Assembly (NCBI GenBank): GCA_964409365.1
Contig: CAYPCX010000008.1
Location: 265-64,264 of the forward strand
From: an uncultured Planctomycetia bacterium
GTDB taxonomy: Bacteria > Omnitrophota > Gorgyraeia > Tantalellales > Tantalellaceae
Reading direction: 5' to 3'
DNA: 64,000 nt
Part shown: one piece after another, positions 1-10,056 of the stretch
Layout of the letters: each line of letters begins with the position of its first letter
Position numbering within the stretch: position 1 is the stretch's first letter
The notes under the pieces: generated by a model
Databases searched by the model: none
Told to the model about the DNA's origin: nothing
The model's input: the letters and a program-made list of their open reading frames with translations, nothing else
Translations under genes and position numbers: made by a program

Positions 1-474
1 ATCTCCCAGGACGAAAAAATGCCCTTCCGGGACATCAAAGACCTCGCCGTCGCCGCCGTAATCCCCCCGGTTGTAATAAAAGAAACGGTCCACGGGGTTC
101 TCAAGGACCCTCTTCCCGTTGACAAGGACCTCCCCGTCGTTTATCTGCACGCTCTCGCCGCCGCCGGCTATGTAACGCTTTACCAGGAACTTTTTCTTCT
201 CCACCGGAGAAAGAAAGACCACGATATCGCCGACCTCCGGGCCGCGCACCTTCGGCAGCCTGATACCGGTGAACGGTATCCTGGCCCCGTAGATGAACTT
301 GCTCACGAATATCCTGTCACCCGGCCTGAGGGTGGGATACATGGAGTTCGACGGTATCTTGAAAGGCTGTATCACGAAAGTGCGTATGAAAAGGGCCAGT
401 GCCGCGGCTATCAGTATAGGTTTTATCCACTCTTCCCACCAGTATCCCCAGGTGAGCCACACAGATCTTGTCAT
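1..474 (-). CDS. lepB: Signal peptidase I (LepB), partial. The N-terminal 158 aa are in the window and the C-terminus lies beyond coordinate 1.
   Basis: Minus-strand translation from the ATG at 474-472 gives MTRSVWLTWGYWWEEWIKPILIAAALALFIRTFVIQPFKIPSNSMYPTLRPGDRIFVSKF...GDIVVF...VKRYIA. It has an N-terminal TM segment and the SNSMYPTL serine box typical of SPase I. The ATG overlaps the lepA stop as ATGA, and lepA-lepB synteny is classical. Confidence 0.8.
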   Translation of the reverse strand, partial: MTRSVWLTWGYWWEEWIKPILIAAALALFIRTFVIQPFKIPSNSMYPTLRPGDRIFVSKFIYGARIPFTGIRLPKVRGPEVGDIVVFLSPVEKKKFLVKRYIAGGGESVQINDGEVLVNGKRVLENPVDRFFYYNRGDYGGDGEVFDVPEGHFFVLGD

Positions 475-2270
475 GATATCCTCATCGCTTTAAGGAAGGC
501 CTCTTTCGGGACGTCCACTTTCCCGATCCTTCTCATCTTCTTCTTCCCGGCCTTCTGTTTTTCCCAAAGTTTCCTCTTTCTCGTTATGTCGCCCCCGTAA
601 CATTTACCCGTGACATGTTTCTTGAGCGCGGAGATGTTTTCCCGCGCGATCACCTCGCCCCCGACGGCGGCCTGCAGGGCGATCTTGAACATATGCTTCG
701 GTATCGTCTCCTTCAGCTTGTGGACCAGCTCCATCCCCACCCTTCGCGCCTTGTCCTTGTGCACGAGCGTCGAAAGGGCGTCGCAGGGGACGGCGTTTAT
801 CAGTATCTCCAGCTTGACGACGTTCGATCTTCTGTAACCTAGAAATTCGTAATCCAGGGAACCGTAACCCTGAGTGGACGATTTTATCTTGTCGTAAAAA
901 TCCACTACCACTTCCGCCAGGGGCAGGTTATAAGTGATCTGCGCCTTTTTGGGGTCGAGGTATTTAGTGCTCACGAACTCTCCCCTTTTGTTCTCGCACA
1001 GCTCCATTATGGCCCCGATGGACTGCGCCGGGGTTATTATCCAGCATTTTATGAACGGTTCCTCCACGTAATCCACCCTGTCCCTGTCGGGATACTTCGT
1101 GGGATTATCGACCTCTATGAGATCACCTCCGGCCAGTTTTACCTTATAATTAACGCTGGGTGAGGACGCTATGAGATCGAGGTTGAATTCGCGTTCGAGC
1201 CGTTCCTGTATGATCTCCATGTGCAGGAGCCCCAGAAACCCGCACCTGAACCCGAAGCCCAGCGCGGCCGAAGTCTCGGCTTCGTAGATAAAGGACGAGT
1301 CGGAAAGGCGCATTTTTTCCATGGCGCTCTTCAGGTCCTCATAATCCTCGTTGCTGACGGGGTATATCCCGCTGAACACCATGGGCTTGACCTTTTTATA
1401 TCCCGGAAGAGGCTCCTCCGCCGGTTTCGCGATATCGGTTATGGTATCACCGACAACGACCTCTTTCGCCTCTTTTATGTTGCAAACGATGTACCCCACC
1501 TGCCCGCATTCCAGTTCTTCGACCATCCGTTCTTCCGGGGTAAAAATACCCACTTCCTTGACCTCGTACCTGTTGCGCATGTTCATCATCTCGACCTGCA
1601 TCCTGGGCCTGAGGCACCCGTTCATCACGCGGACGTATATGATCACTCCCCTGTAAATATCATAGGAAGAATCGAAGATCAGCGCCTGCAGCGGCTCTTC
1701 GGAGCTTCCGGAAGGGGGCGGCACCCTTGTAACTATGCTCTCCAGGACGTCCTCGATCCCTTCGTTCTCTTTGGCGCTTACCATCAGGACCTCGTTGTCC
1801 TCCACGCCCAGGATATCCTTCATCTGGTGCGTCACCTCGTCTATCCTCGCCGCCTTAAGGTCTATCTTGTTTATGATGGGTATTATCTTAAGCTCATGTT
1901 CCATCGCGAGGTAGAGGTTCGCTATCGTCTGGGCCTCCACACCCTGCACGGCATCCACCAAAAGCAGCGCCCCTTCGCACGCGGCGATAGACTTGGACAC
2001 CTCGTAAGAAAAATCGACGTGACCGGGCGTGTCTATGAGGTTCAAAAGGTACGTGTTGCCGTCCTTCGCCCTATAGACTATCCTGACGGCGCTGCACTTT
2101 ATGGTTATACCCCTCTCCCTCTCCAGGTCCATGTCGTCCAGGAGCTGGTCCCTGAAGTCCCTGCTGCTGACGGTATCCGTCAACTGGATGACCCTGTCGG
2201 CAAGGGTGGATTTGCCGTGGTCGATATGGGCTATTATGCAGAAGTTCCTTATCCGCGATAGATCGTTCAT
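471..2270 (-). CDS. lepA: Translation elongation factor 4 (LepA)
   Basis: The 599-aa ORF starts MNDLSRIRNFCIIAHIDHGKSTLADR (GTPase G1 AHIDHGKST) and has DTPGHVDF (G3). Length and C-terminal region fit LepA/EF4. Confidence 0.95.
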   Translation of the reverse strand: MNDLSRIRNFCIIAHIDHGKSTLADRVIQLTDTVSSRDFRDQLLDDMDLERERGITIKCSAVRIVYRAKDGNTYLLNLIDTPGHVDFSYEVSKSIAACEGALLLVDAVQGVEAQTIANLYLAMEHELKIIPIINKIDLKAARIDEVTHQMKDILGVEDNEVLMVSAKENEGIEDVLESIVTRVPPPSGSSEEPLQALIFDSSYDIYRGVIIYVRVMNGCLRPRMQVEMMNMRNRYEVKEVGIFTPEERMVEELECGQVGYIVCNIKEAKEVVVGDTITDIAKPAEEPLPGYKKVKPMVFSGIYPVSNEDYEDLKSAMEKMRLSDSSFIYEAETSAALGFGFRCGFLGLLHMEIIQERLEREFNLDLIASSPSVNYKVKLAGGDLIEVDNPTKYPDRDRVDYVEEPFIKCWIITPAQSIGAIMELCENKRGEFVSTKYLDPKKAQITYNLPLAEVVVDFYDKIKSSTQGYGSLDYEFLGYRRSNVVKLEILINAVPCDALSTLVHKDKARRVGMELVHKLKETIPKHMFKIALQAAVGGEVIARENISALKKHVTGKCYGGDITRKRKLWEKQKAGKKKMRRIGKVDVPKEAFLKAMRIS

Positions 2271-2301
2271 GGTCCCATTCTGTGTGTATTGCGTTCTTTA
2301 T

Positions 2302-3726
2302 TCACATCAAACTGAACGCGTATTTTTTCCCGAACTCGATATATTTGAGCGACATGCTTTTTGAGGGGGTCTCGCTGTATATCCTCAGCTTGGGTTCCGT
2401 GCCCGAAAGCCTCAAAAGCAGCCAGCTGCCGTCATCGCATATGAACTTGGTGCCGTCGGCGGCGTTGATCCGCACCACTTTCCTGCCCAGGACCTTATCG
2501 AGCGGGTTCTTCTTTATGCCGCTTACCAGCTTTTTCCTCTTCGACCCGTCGAACTTCAGGTCCAGCCTTTCATATACATAGTTGCCGTACTTTTTGTTCA
2601 TGTCCGCGACTATCCTGCTGAGCGGTTTCTTTTCGGCGATCATAAGCTCCATGATAAGAAGCGCCGAAAGGAAACCGTCCCTTTCCGGGATATAGTTCTT
2701 GAAACCTATCCCGCCGGTCTCTTCGCCGCCGATAAGTATGTTCTTTTCGATCATTATCTTGCAGATATACTTGAACCCCACAGGGGTCTCGTACATGGGA
2801 AGCCCCCATTCATCGCATATCTTGTTTATCAGTCCCGTGCCGCATACCGTCTGCACGACGCCGCCTTTCATCTTCCTGTTCTTCAATAGATGCAGAAGAA
2901 GGAGCGTCATCACCTTATGCCCCGAAAGCACGTTCCCATTCTCGTCCACCACCGCTACGCGGTCGGCGTCGCCGTCGGTCGCTATACCCAGATCGTACCT
3001 GCCTTTCTTAACGGCCTGGACAAGCGTCTTGAGGTGCTTCTCGTTCGGCTCGGGGGCCCGCCCCTTGAACCCGGGGTTATCCTCGGTGTTCATGTAATCG
3101 ATCCTGATGGAAGTGTTCTTCAGTATCTCTCCCAGGTAAGTCCCGCCGGTGCCGTTCATGGAATCCACGATCACCTTCAGTTTAGCTTTTTTGAGTTTCC
3201 TCATGTTCGCGTACTTTTTCACCCAATCAAGCTGAACTTTCTCGATGTTCTCGTATACTATCTTTTTCTTCTTCAGCGCTTCATCGAGAGGCATGATCTT
3301 CACCGGGGATTTGTGGAGCCTCTTTTCAATGGCGTCGATTATGTCGCTGCCCGCGGACCCGGCGAAATATCCCTTGTATTTAATACCGTTGTACCTTGGC
3401 GGATTGTGGCTCGCGGTCACCATGACGCCTCCGGTAAGTTTCCTGTTCTTGATATCGACACAAAGGGCCGGGGTAGTGCATGCTTTGTCGGACAGGAAGA
3501 CCTTTATCCCGTTCGCGGCAAGGACGCGGGCTATGAGCTCCGCATATTTAGCCGAAAGGAACCTCGTGTCGTACCCGACCATGAGCTTTCTCTTCCTATA
3601 TATAGGCGTCTTTTTTGACCTCACGAAATCGGCTATCGCCTGCGCGACTATTTCCACGTTCTCGAACGTGAAATCCTCGCTAATGACCGCCCTCCATCCG
3701 TCCGTACCAAACTTGATCTTTGACAT
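2302..3726 (-). CDS. Phosphoglucomutase/phosphomannomutase family (alpha-D-phosphohexomutase)
   Basis: The 474-aa ORF has an FGTDGWRA N-terminus, the TASHNP active-site serine loop and GGEETGG. A strong SD (AAGGAGGAG) precedes the ATG. Confidence 0.85.
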   Translation of the reverse strand: MSKIKFGTDGWRAVISEDFTFENVEIVAQAIADFVRSKKTPIYRKRKLMVGYDTRFLSAKYAELIARVLAANGIKVFLSDKACTTPALCVDIKNRKLTGGVMVTASHNPPRYNGIKYKGYFAGSAGSDIIDAIEKRLHKSPVKIMPLDEALKKKKIVYENIEKVQLDWVKKYANMRKLKKAKLKVIVDSMNGTGGTYLGEILKNTSIRIDYMNTEDNPGFKGRAPEPNEKHLKTLVQAVKKGRYDLGIATDGDADRVAVVDENGNVLSGHKVMTLLLLHLLKNRKMKGGVVQTVCGTGLINKICDEWGLPMYETPVGFKYICKIMIEKNILIGGEETGGIGFKNYIPERDGFLSALLIMELMIAEKKPLSRIVADMNKKYGNYVYERLDLKFDGSKRKKLVSGIKKNPLDKVLGRKVVRINAADGTKFICDDGSWLLLRLSGTEPKLRIYSETPSKSMSLKYIEFGKKYAFSLM

Positions 3727-3767
3727 GCACTCCTCCTTAAAACAGTTAAACGATATGTTAGTGTCAT

Positions 3768-3799
3768 AGTGTCAAAGTTGACTCTGATACTTTGACACT
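3768..3799. repeat. Hairpin/inverted repeat AGTGTCAAAG-(12 nt)-CTTTGACACT within a repeat-rich rpe-pgm spacer that carries five GTGTCA/TGACAC motifs and a GCGAGCG direct repeat
   Basis: Plus strand ttagtgtcatagtgtcaaagttgactctgatactttgacactagcgagcgtaagcgagcgatgacaccttgacactc (3759-3835). Confidence 0.8.
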
Positions 3800-3836
3800 A
3801 GCGAGCGTAAGCGAGCGATGACACCTTGACACTCTC

Positions 3837-4481
3837 TTACGCCATCCTTATCTCCCGTATCGCTTTAGCGTAGTCTTTTTGCCCGAATACCGCGGTACCC
3901 GCGACAAGCACGTCGGCCCCGGCCTTTATAGCTTTGGGGGCCGTCTCCACGTTTATGCCGCCGTCCACTTCTATCAGCCCCTTGAACCGCGGCCTTATAT
4001 CCCTTACCTTCTCCATCATCTCCTCCATGAAAGCCTGGCCCGCAAAGCCGGGTTCGACCGTCATGACCAGCACCATGTCCACCTGTTCCAGTATCCCGTC
4101 AAGCGCGGAAACATCGGTGCCGGGCTTTATGGAAACCCCGGCCTTTTTGCCTTTTTCCTTGATTTTTTTCACGCTGCCCATCGGGTCCTTACATGCCTCG
4201 ACATGAAAAGTGATAAGGTCGCTCCCCGCCTCGGTGAACTCGTCGACGAACTTCACCGGTTCGTCTATCATAAGGTGCACGTCGAAGAACATACGGCTCA
4301 GCGGCCTTACCGCCTTGATGATAAGGGGGCCTATGGTTATATTAGGGACGAATACCCCGTCCATGACGTCCACGTGAAGCCAGTCGGCTCCCGCCCGCTC
4401 AACGGACTTTATCTCTTCCGCCAATTTGCTGAAATCCGCCGATAAGATGCTCGGCGCCACCAAAACCTTCTTTTCACTCAT
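3837..4481 (-). CDS. rpe: Ribulose-phosphate 3-epimerase
   Basis: The 214-aa ORF reads MSEKKVLVAPSILSADFSKL...LHVDVMDGVFVPNITIGP...VDGGIN, a typical Rpe TIM-barrel signature. An AAGGGAG RBS precedes the ATG. Confidence 0.9.
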   Translation of the reverse strand: MSEKKVLVAPSILSADFSKLAEEIKSVERAGADWLHVDVMDGVFVPNITIGPLIIKAVRPLSRMFFDVHLMIDEPVKFVDEFTEAGSDLITFHVEACKDPMGSVKKIKEKGKKAGVSIKPGTDVSALDGILEQVDMVLVMTVEPGFAGQAFMEEMMEKVRDIRPRFKGLIEVDGGINVETAPKAIKAGADVLVAGTAVFGQKDYAKAIREIRMA

Positions 4482-4520
4482 GGCATTCTCCCTTCAAACC
4501 TGCAACCTGAAACCTGCGAC
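4482..4520 (-). repeat. Five tandem heptamers (minus strand: TTGCAGG-TCGCAGG-TTTCAGG-TTGCAGG-TTT...) immediately upstream of the rpe RBS
   Basis: Plus strand aaacctgcaacctgaaacctgcgacctgcaacctgac. Period 7. Confidence 0.8.
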
Positions 4521-4532
4521 CTGCAACCTGAC

Positions 4533-5609
4533 TCACCTCTCGCTCATCATCATGTATACACGGTTGATATCGTCCAGGGTCACCACCCCTATTATCTCGC
4601 CCTTCCTTTTGACCGGCATCGCGTGGGTGCCGTATTTCTGCATGAGCTTCTGCACCTGGTCGAGCCGGGTCGAGACGTCCACCGCTGGAAAGTTCCTTCT
4701 CATTATGTCCCTGACGATCGCTTCCTTGCCTCTTTCGTGCACCCCGTACACGACCTCCCTGCGGGTGATGAAACCTACCATGTGCCCGTCCTCATCCATC
4801 ACCGGGTAGTCCTCCTGATGGGTATGGAATATAAGTTCCAGCACTTTCGACAGCTGCGCGTCCGGGCTTATATGGATAAAGTTGCGGGCCAGTATGTCGC
4901 GGATCGAATACCTTTTCAGGATCTCCCGCACCTCTACCTGCAGGCCCTCACTCGAAGCGGCCATGTATATGAACGCCGCGATCAGTAAAAGGAATATATG
5001 CCCGTACACTATCCCCACGTACGCGAAAAGAAGCGCGAATATGTGGCCCAGACGGACGGCTATCGCCGTGGCCTCCCTGTAGCTAATGCGGTACGACAGT
5101 ATCGCGCGCAGGACCCTGCCCCCGTCCATGGGGAAAGCGGGTATCATGTTGAACACCGCGAGCACGAGGTTTATCCAGTATATTTGCGCGAGCACGCTGA
5201 AATCGCCGGTGAACTTGGCCTGGCCGGTCAGTACCAGGAACGGATATATAAGCTTTTCCTTCCCGATAAGAAAATAGAGCGGGAAATACAGGACCAATAG
5301 AACCAGCACGTTAGACAACGGCCCCGCTATGGAGATGACGAGCTCCTGGAGCGGCTTGGTCGGGATCTCCGGCATCTGGGCCACTCCGCCGATCGGCAAA
5401 AGCGTTATCCGTTTCACTTTGATACCGAAATACGCGGCTGCCAGGCTGTGGCAGAGCTCATGGACCGTCACGAAAAAGAACACCCCGATTATAAGGACAA
5501 GTCCCTTAAGCCCCATGAGCAGGAAGAAAAAAAGCAAAAGCAGGAGAAAGGTGAAGTGAATATCGATATATATCCCGAACACCCTTGTCAGATGAAAAGT
5601 GCCCCTCAT
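4533..5609 (-). CDS. Site-2 protease family (M50) zinc metalloprotease with C-terminal CBS domain pair
   Basis: The N-terminus is polytopic and hydrophobic with HELCHSL (HExxH). The C-terminal half has two CBS-like repeats ([19 protein letters not shown] / [19 protein letters not shown]). ATGA overlap with the upstream M16 gene. Confidence 0.8.
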   Translation of the reverse strand: MRGTFHLTRVFGIYIDIHFTFLLLLLFFFLLMGLKGLVLIIGVFFFVTVHELCHSLAAAYFGIKVKRITLLPIGGVAQMPEIPTKPLQELVISIAGPLSNVLVLLVLYFPLYFLIGKEKLIYPFLVLTGQAKFTGDFSVLAQIYWINLVLAVFNMIPAFPMDGGRVLRAILSYRISYREATAIAVRLGHIFALLFAYVGIVYGHIFLLLIAAFIYMAASSEGLQVEVREILKRYSIRDILARNFIHISPDAQLSKVLELIFHTHQEDYPVMDEDGHMVGFITRREVVYGVHERGKEAIVRDIMRRNFPAVDVSTRLDQVQKLMQKYGTHAMPVKRKGEIIGVVTLDDINRVYMMMSER

Positions 5610-6877
5610 ACCTTGCCAAGCTCCTTCGTTATCCTGCTTTTGTCCCCGGGGGCGATGTTACCTATAACGGCCAGGTTCAGGTACCCGGGCCGGAAAATCC
5701 TCTCCGCGACCTTTTTGATATCCCCGGCCGTGACCTGATCCAGCATTTTCACGACGTACTTTACCTCGGGTATCTCCTTATGCACCATAAGCCGGTCCCC
5801 CAGCCACACCATCCTGGAAGAGGTGCCCTCCATGGCCAGGAGGAATTGCCCCTTGGCGTACTCCCTCGCCCGTTTCAACTCACCCCGGGTGACGCCTTTG
5901 TCCTTCAGCAATCTCAGCTGGTTGAGTACGGCTATGACCGACTTCATCGCGTTACTCGTATCTACCCCCGCGTGCACCACGACGTCGCCGACGTCGCTGT
6001 GCCGTTTGTACATCGAAGAGATATCGTAACACAGCCCCCGTTTTTCCCTAAGCTCATCGAAAAGCCTCGATGACATGTTCCCGCCGAGTATCACGTTCAT
6101 GAGCTTCATCGCGAAGCGCTCGTGAAGGTTCCTGTCAGGGGCGTGAAAACCCATCGCTATATGCGTCTGCTTTGTGTCTCCCCGGTGGAACGTGGTCTTC
6201 GGCCCTTTCTGGGATATCTTCGGTGTCTTGAAAGAACGGCTCTTTCCTTTCTTGACGCCGGCGAACTTGCGCGAGGTGGAAATGAAGAATTTTTCCGGGT
6301 CGACCTTGCCCGCGGCGACGACCGCTATGTTGCCTGGATAGTAACGCTCTTCCTTGAACTTGATTATATCGTTCCTGCTGAAACCCTTTACCGTGGTCAT
6401 GCTCCCGGTCAAGGGCCTCCCGAGGGGATCACCCGGCCACATGATCTGGCCCAGAAGCTCCATCACGTGCTCGGCGGGCTGGTCGCGGTACATCTTTATC
6501 TCCTCGCATATCACGAATTTTTCCCGCGAGATCTCCGCTTCGTCGAACTTCGGGTTAAGCACCATATCGCCCAGTATCTCCATCCCGAGCTCCATGTATT
6601 TGGACGGGACTTTAACCATGTAACAGGTCACCTCGTCCGCCGTGAAACCGTTAAAGGAGCCGCCCACGCCCTCGATCGACTGTTTGAGGTCCATCGCGTC
6701 GCGGCTGAGCGTCCCCTTAAAGAGCATGTGTTCGATAAGATGGCTTATTCCGCTCTGCTTCGCGGCTTCATAACGCCCTCCAACGCCTATCCACACCCCC
6801 AGGGACACTGACGACATCCCCGGCATGGTAGAGACGACCATTTTCAACCCGTTCTTCGTGCTTTTTTTCTTATACAA
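5606..6877 (-). CDS. M16 family (pitrilysin/insulinase-like) zinc peptidase
   Basis: The 423-aa ORF has the inverted zinc motif [11 protein letters not shown] (HxxEH) and an M16-like N-terminus, [29 protein letters not shown]. The apparent start is TTG (revcomp of caa at 6875-6877). An in-frame ATG at about 6841 would cut off conserved N-terminal residues. Confidence 0.8.
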   Translation of the reverse strand: MYKKKSTKNGLKMVVSTMPGMSSVSLGVWIGVGGRYEAAKQSGISHLIEHMLFKGTLSRDAMDLKQSIEGVGGSFNGFTADEVTCYMVKVPSKYMELGMEILGDMVLNPKFDEAEISREKFVICEEIKMYRDQPAEHVMELLGQIMWPGDPLGRPLTGSMTTVKGFSRNDIIKFKEERYYPGNIAVVAAGKVDPEKFFISTSRKFAGVKKGKSRSFKTPKISQKGPKTTFHRGDTKQTHIAMGFHAPDRNLHERFAMKLMNVILGGNMSSRLFDELREKRGLCYDISSMYKRHSDVGDVVVHAGVDTSNAMKSVIAVLNQLRLLKDKGVTRGELKRAREYAKGQFLLAMEGTSSRMVWLGDRLMVHKEIPEVKYVVKMLDQVTAGDIKKVAERIFRPGYLNLAVIGNIAPGDKSRITKELGKV

Positions 6878-6878
6878 T

Positions 6879-6920
6879 TTCCCGTCCTCTGTTTTCTGTT
6901 ATCTGCCTTCTGTCATCTGT
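6879..6920 (-). repeat. Five to six tandem heptamers (minus strand AAAACAG-ATGACAG-AAGGCAG-ATAACAG-AAAACAG) upstream of the M16 peptidase start
   Basis: Plus strand cctctgttttctgttatctgccttctgtcatctgtttt. Period 7. Confidence 0.8.
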
Positions 6921-7332
6921 TTTCCAAGCTATCCAGATATCCCTGCAGTATCAACTGCGCCGCGAGCTTATCTATCACTTTTTTCCGCTTGTTCCTTGTC
7001 ATGTCGGCCGCGAGCATGACGTCCTCGGCTTCTTTGGTGCTAAGGCGTTCGTCCCACAATTCTACCGCAAGACCCGTCTTCTCTTTTAACTTCTCCGCGA
7101 AGGCCCTGCAGTCCTTTGCCCTTTCCCCCATCGTCCCGTCCATGTTAACGGGAAGGCCTACCACTATCTTTTCTATGCCGAGCTCTTTTATGACCTCAGT
7201 GATGCGTCCTATGGCGACGTCATCGCTTCTTCGCAGGACTTTTCCTTTTCCCTGAGCCAGCGTCAGCGTTGTATCGCTGACAGCTAAACCGATATATTTC
7301 GTGCCAACGTCAAGGCCGAGAATTCGTGACAT
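6913..7332 (-). CDS. ruvX: Holliday junction resolvase-like RuvX/YqgF (putative pre-16S rRNA nuclease)
   Basis: The 139-aa ORF starts MSRILGLDVGTKYIGLAVSD, matching the RNase H-fold YqgF N-terminal motif with the catalytic Asp. Confidence 0.85.
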   Translation of the reverse strand: MSRILGLDVGTKYIGLAVSDTTLTLAQGKGKVLRRSDDVAIGRITEVIKELGIEKIVVGLPVNMDGTMGERAKDCRAFAEKLKEKTGLAVELWDERLSTKEAEDVMLAADMTRNKRKKVIDKLAAQLILQGYLDSLENR

Positions 7333-7353
7333 ATATCCTTTATTTATAGTGGT

Positions 7354-8154
7354 TTAGGAGTGGACAGCATCGGCAATGGATTTAGCGAACGATCCTATCC
7401 TGGCCACTGCCCTGCTCTTGTCGGGCAGACTTTTCTCAAGCACCTTAATTATCGCGCTTCCGACTATCACCCCGTCGGAGACACCGGCAATATCCCTGGC
7501 CTGGGCGGGTCTGGATATGCCGAACCCGACACAGACAGGTTTCGCCGTAACCTTCTTTATCTTCCTGACGTCACTCTTTAACTGCTTCGATAACTGTTCT
7601 CTCGCGCCCGTCACGCCGGTAAGCGAAACATAATAAATGAACCCCCTCGAGACCCTGGAGATCTTCCTGAACCTTTCCACGGGCGTGGTGGGAGCGGCGA
7701 GAAGTACCAGGTAAAAATCTTCCTTATCCGCAAAACGCTTCATCTGGTCCGACTCCTCCATCGGAAGATCGGGCACGATAATACCGTCGGCTCCGCATTT
7801 CTTGGCGTCTTTTATAAAATGTTCTATCCCGTAGTTGAAGACGATATTGTAATACGTCATGAAGACTATCGGGGTGCTCACGCTGCGCCTTAAGTCCTTC
7901 ACCATGTTCAGCACTTTCCTCACCGTGCAGCCCGCTTTGAGCGAACGCTGTACCGCCCTCTGTATCGTGGGACCGTCGGCGAGGGGGTCCGAAAAAGGTA
8001 TGCCAAGCTCTATTACATCGGCGCCCGCCTTCGCCAGCGCCGAAACGATCCTTTTCGTGGTCCCTATATCCGGATCGCCCGCCGTTATGTACGGCATGAA
8101 CGCCTTCTTCTTCTCTTTTTTCAGCCTTTTGAACGTCTCATCAATTCTATTCAT
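7354..8154 (-). CDS. trpA: Tryptophan synthase alpha subunit
   Basis: MNRIDETFKRLKKEKKKAFMPYITAGDPD...GADVIELGIPFSDPLADGPTIQ. The start was chosen at MNRIDETF (8154). The ORF extends 4 codons further to 8166. A GAGGAGGA RBS precedes 8154. Confidence 0.9.
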   Translation of the reverse strand: MNRIDETFKRLKKEKKKAFMPYITAGDPDIGTTKRIVSALAKAGADVIELGIPFSDPLADGPTIQRAVQRSLKAGCTVRKVLNMVKDLRRSVSTPIVFMTYYNIVFNYGIEHFIKDAKKCGADGIIVPDLPMEESDQMKRFADKEDFYLVLLAAPTTPVERFRKISRVSRGFIYYVSLTGVTGAREQLSKQLKSDVRKIKKVTAKPVCVGFGISRPAQARDIAGVSDGVIVGSAIIKVLEKSLPDKSRAVARIGSFAKSIADAVHS

Positions 8155-8185
8155 CGTCCTCCTCAACCTTACACGTGAGACCTGA

Positions 8186-9376
8186 CTACATGTTCTCCCT
8201 GATTATGTCTATATCTTTGTCACCACGCCCCGACAGGCAGAATATGATGATATCCTTCTTCCGTGTTTTTTTGGCAAGCCGCGTAAGGTGGTAAGCGGCG
8301 TGCGCCGGTTCCAGCGCCGGGATGATGCCTTCCGTCTCGGAAAGCAGCCTCACGCCTTCGAGCGCTTCCTTGTCGATCACCGATACGTATTCGGCCCTGC
8401 CCATTCGTTTGTAATAGGAGTGTTCCGGGCCGACACCGGGATAATCCAGCCCCGCCGACACCGAATGCGCCAGCTTCACCTGCCCGTCGCTGTCCTCGAG
8501 CAGGAAGCTTTTGCTCCCGTGCAGGACGCCTACCCTTCCCCGCATCAGGGCGGCGGCGTGGTGTCCGGAGCTCATGCCCAGCCCGGCGGCCTCGACGCCG
8601 ATGAACTTGACCTTCCTGTCGCCGTAGAACGGGTGAAAAAGACCTATGGCATTACTGCCCCCGCCGACACAGGCTACCAGGTAGTCGGGAAGCCTCTTCT
8701 CTTTCTTCAACACCTGCCGTTTCGCTTCTCTTCCCAGTACCGCCTGGAAATCCCTTACCATCATCGGGTAAGGATGCGGACCGACAACGGACCCTATTAT
8801 GTAATGGGTATCCCTGACGTTAGTGACCCAATCCCTTATCGCCTCGTTGGTGGCGTCTTTCAGGGTGCATGAACCGCTCTCCACAGGAATGACCCTGGCG
8901 CCCAGGAGCTTCATCCTGAACACGTTGAGGTTCTGCCTCCTGATGTCCTCGGTACCCATGTAAACGTCGCATGAAAGGCCGAAGAGAGCCGCCACCGTGG
9001 CCGTCGCCACGCCGTGCTGGCCGGCGCCGGTCTCGGCTATAAGGCGTTTCTTCCCCATCGCCACGGCGAGGAGCGCCTGGCCGATCGTGTTATTTATCTT
9101 ATGGGCGCCCGTGTGGAGCAGGTCCTCGCGCTTTATGTATATCCTGCCGCCGCCGAGCTTCTTAGTAAGCTTTTCCGCGAAATAAAGCGGCGTGGGCCTG
9201 CCGGCGTATTCCTTAAGATAATAATCGAGCTTCTTCTTGAAAGCGCGGGACGAGCCTATTTTCTTGTAAGCGGCCGTCAGTTCCTTCAACGCGGTCATAA
9301 GGGTCTCGGGGACGTATTCCCCGCCGAATATCCCGAAATAACCTCTTTTATCGGGTAGTTTACGCTTTTTTCGCAT
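8186..9376 (-). CDS. trpB: Tryptophan synthase beta subunit
   Basis: [14 protein letters not shown]-terminus, HTGAHKINN with the PLP lysine, and GGGSNAIG. 396 aa. Confidence 0.95.
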   Translation of the reverse strand: MRKKRKLPDKRGYFGIFGGEYVPETLMTALKELTAAYKKIGSSRAFKKKLDYYLKEYAGRPTPLYFAEKLTKKLGGGRIYIKREDLLHTGAHKINNTIGQALLAVAMGKKRLIAETGAGQHGVATATVAALFGLSCDVYMGTEDIRRQNLNVFRMKLLGARVIPVESGSCTLKDATNEAIRDWVTNVRDTHYIIGSVVGPHPYPMMVRDFQAVLGREAKRQVLKKEKRLPDYLVACVGGGSNAIGLFHPFYGDRKVKFIGVEAAGLGMSSGHHAAALMRGRVGVLHGSKSFLLEDSDGQVKLAHSVSAGLDYPGVGPEHSYYKRMGRAEYVSVIDKEALEGVRLLSETEGIIPALEPAHAAYHLTRLAKKTRKKDIIIFCLSGRGDKDIDIIRENM

Positions 9377-10028
9377 TTTCTATGAACTCCTTTATTTTAT
9401 CCTTGTCCTTTTTCCCGGGGGCCTTCTCCACGCCGCTGGAGACATCCACCCCGTACGGGCGGACGGCACTTACCGCCTCGGCCACGTTCTCCGGCGCCAG
9501 ACCTCCCGCTATAAAGAACGGTTTCCTTATCTTCTCTTTCTCTCTCGCCAGGACTTCCCAGTCGAACCTTTCGCCGCTCCCTCCGGCCACCTCCGGATGA
9601 TAAGTATCGAACACGAAAAACTCGGCGTCCATGTAATCATCCGGTATGTATGCCCCGACCGGCAGTATATCGTCCCCGACCTTGAACACCTTTATGATCT
9701 TCACCCGCGGGTGGTCTTTTTCCTCCAGCGTTTTTTTGAGCTCGCTGCAGTAGGCGGGCTTCTCGCCGCCGTGAAGTTGTACAAGGTCCAGGCCGCATTC
9801 CGCGACCGTCCCGGCCACGACGTCTATTTCTTCGTCCTTGAATAGCCCTACAGTGCTTACGCTTTCTCTGTGACGACCGAGACCATCTATAACACCCTTG
9901 GCCGTCCCGCTGTCTACCGCGCGGGGAGTCCCTCCGATAAAGATGAAACCCAGAAGATCCGCTCCGCGTTCGCAGGCCTCGACCGCGTCCTCAAGATTAG
10001 TGATCCCGCAGATCTTCACCTTTGTCAT
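9360..10028 (-). CDS. trpF: Phosphoribosylanthranilate isomerase
   Basis: [10 protein letters not shown]... PRAI TIM-barrel signature. The start was placed at the second ATG (10028). The 7 upstream codons (to 10049) coincide with an ATGACAA heptamer repeat tract. The 3' end overlaps trpB by 17 nt. Confidence 0.85.
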   Translation of the reverse strand: MTKVKICGITNLEDAVEACERGADLLGFIFIGGTPRAVDSGTAKGVIDGLGRHRESVSTVGLFKDEEIDVVAGTVAECGLDLVQLHGGEKPAYCSELKKTLEEKDHPRVKIIKVFKVGDDILPVGAYIPDDYMDAEFFVFDTYHPEVAGGSGERFDWEVLAREKEKIRKPFFIAGGLAPENVAEAVSAVRPYGVDVSSGVEKAPGKKDKDKIKEFIENAKKA

Positions 10029-10056
10029 TTGTGCTTTGTCATTTGTCATTAAAATT
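10029..10056 (-). repeat. Tandem heptamers ATGACAA x3-4 upstream of / overlapping the trpF start
   Basis: Plus strand tttgtcatttgtgctttgtcatttgtcatt. Confidence 0.8.

Noticed and set aside
19-600. 193-aa plus-strand ORF at the window start
   Set aside because: It is antisense to the signal peptidase I (lepB) coding sequence and the lepA 3' end. lepB shows the canonical SNSMYPTL serine box on the minus strand.
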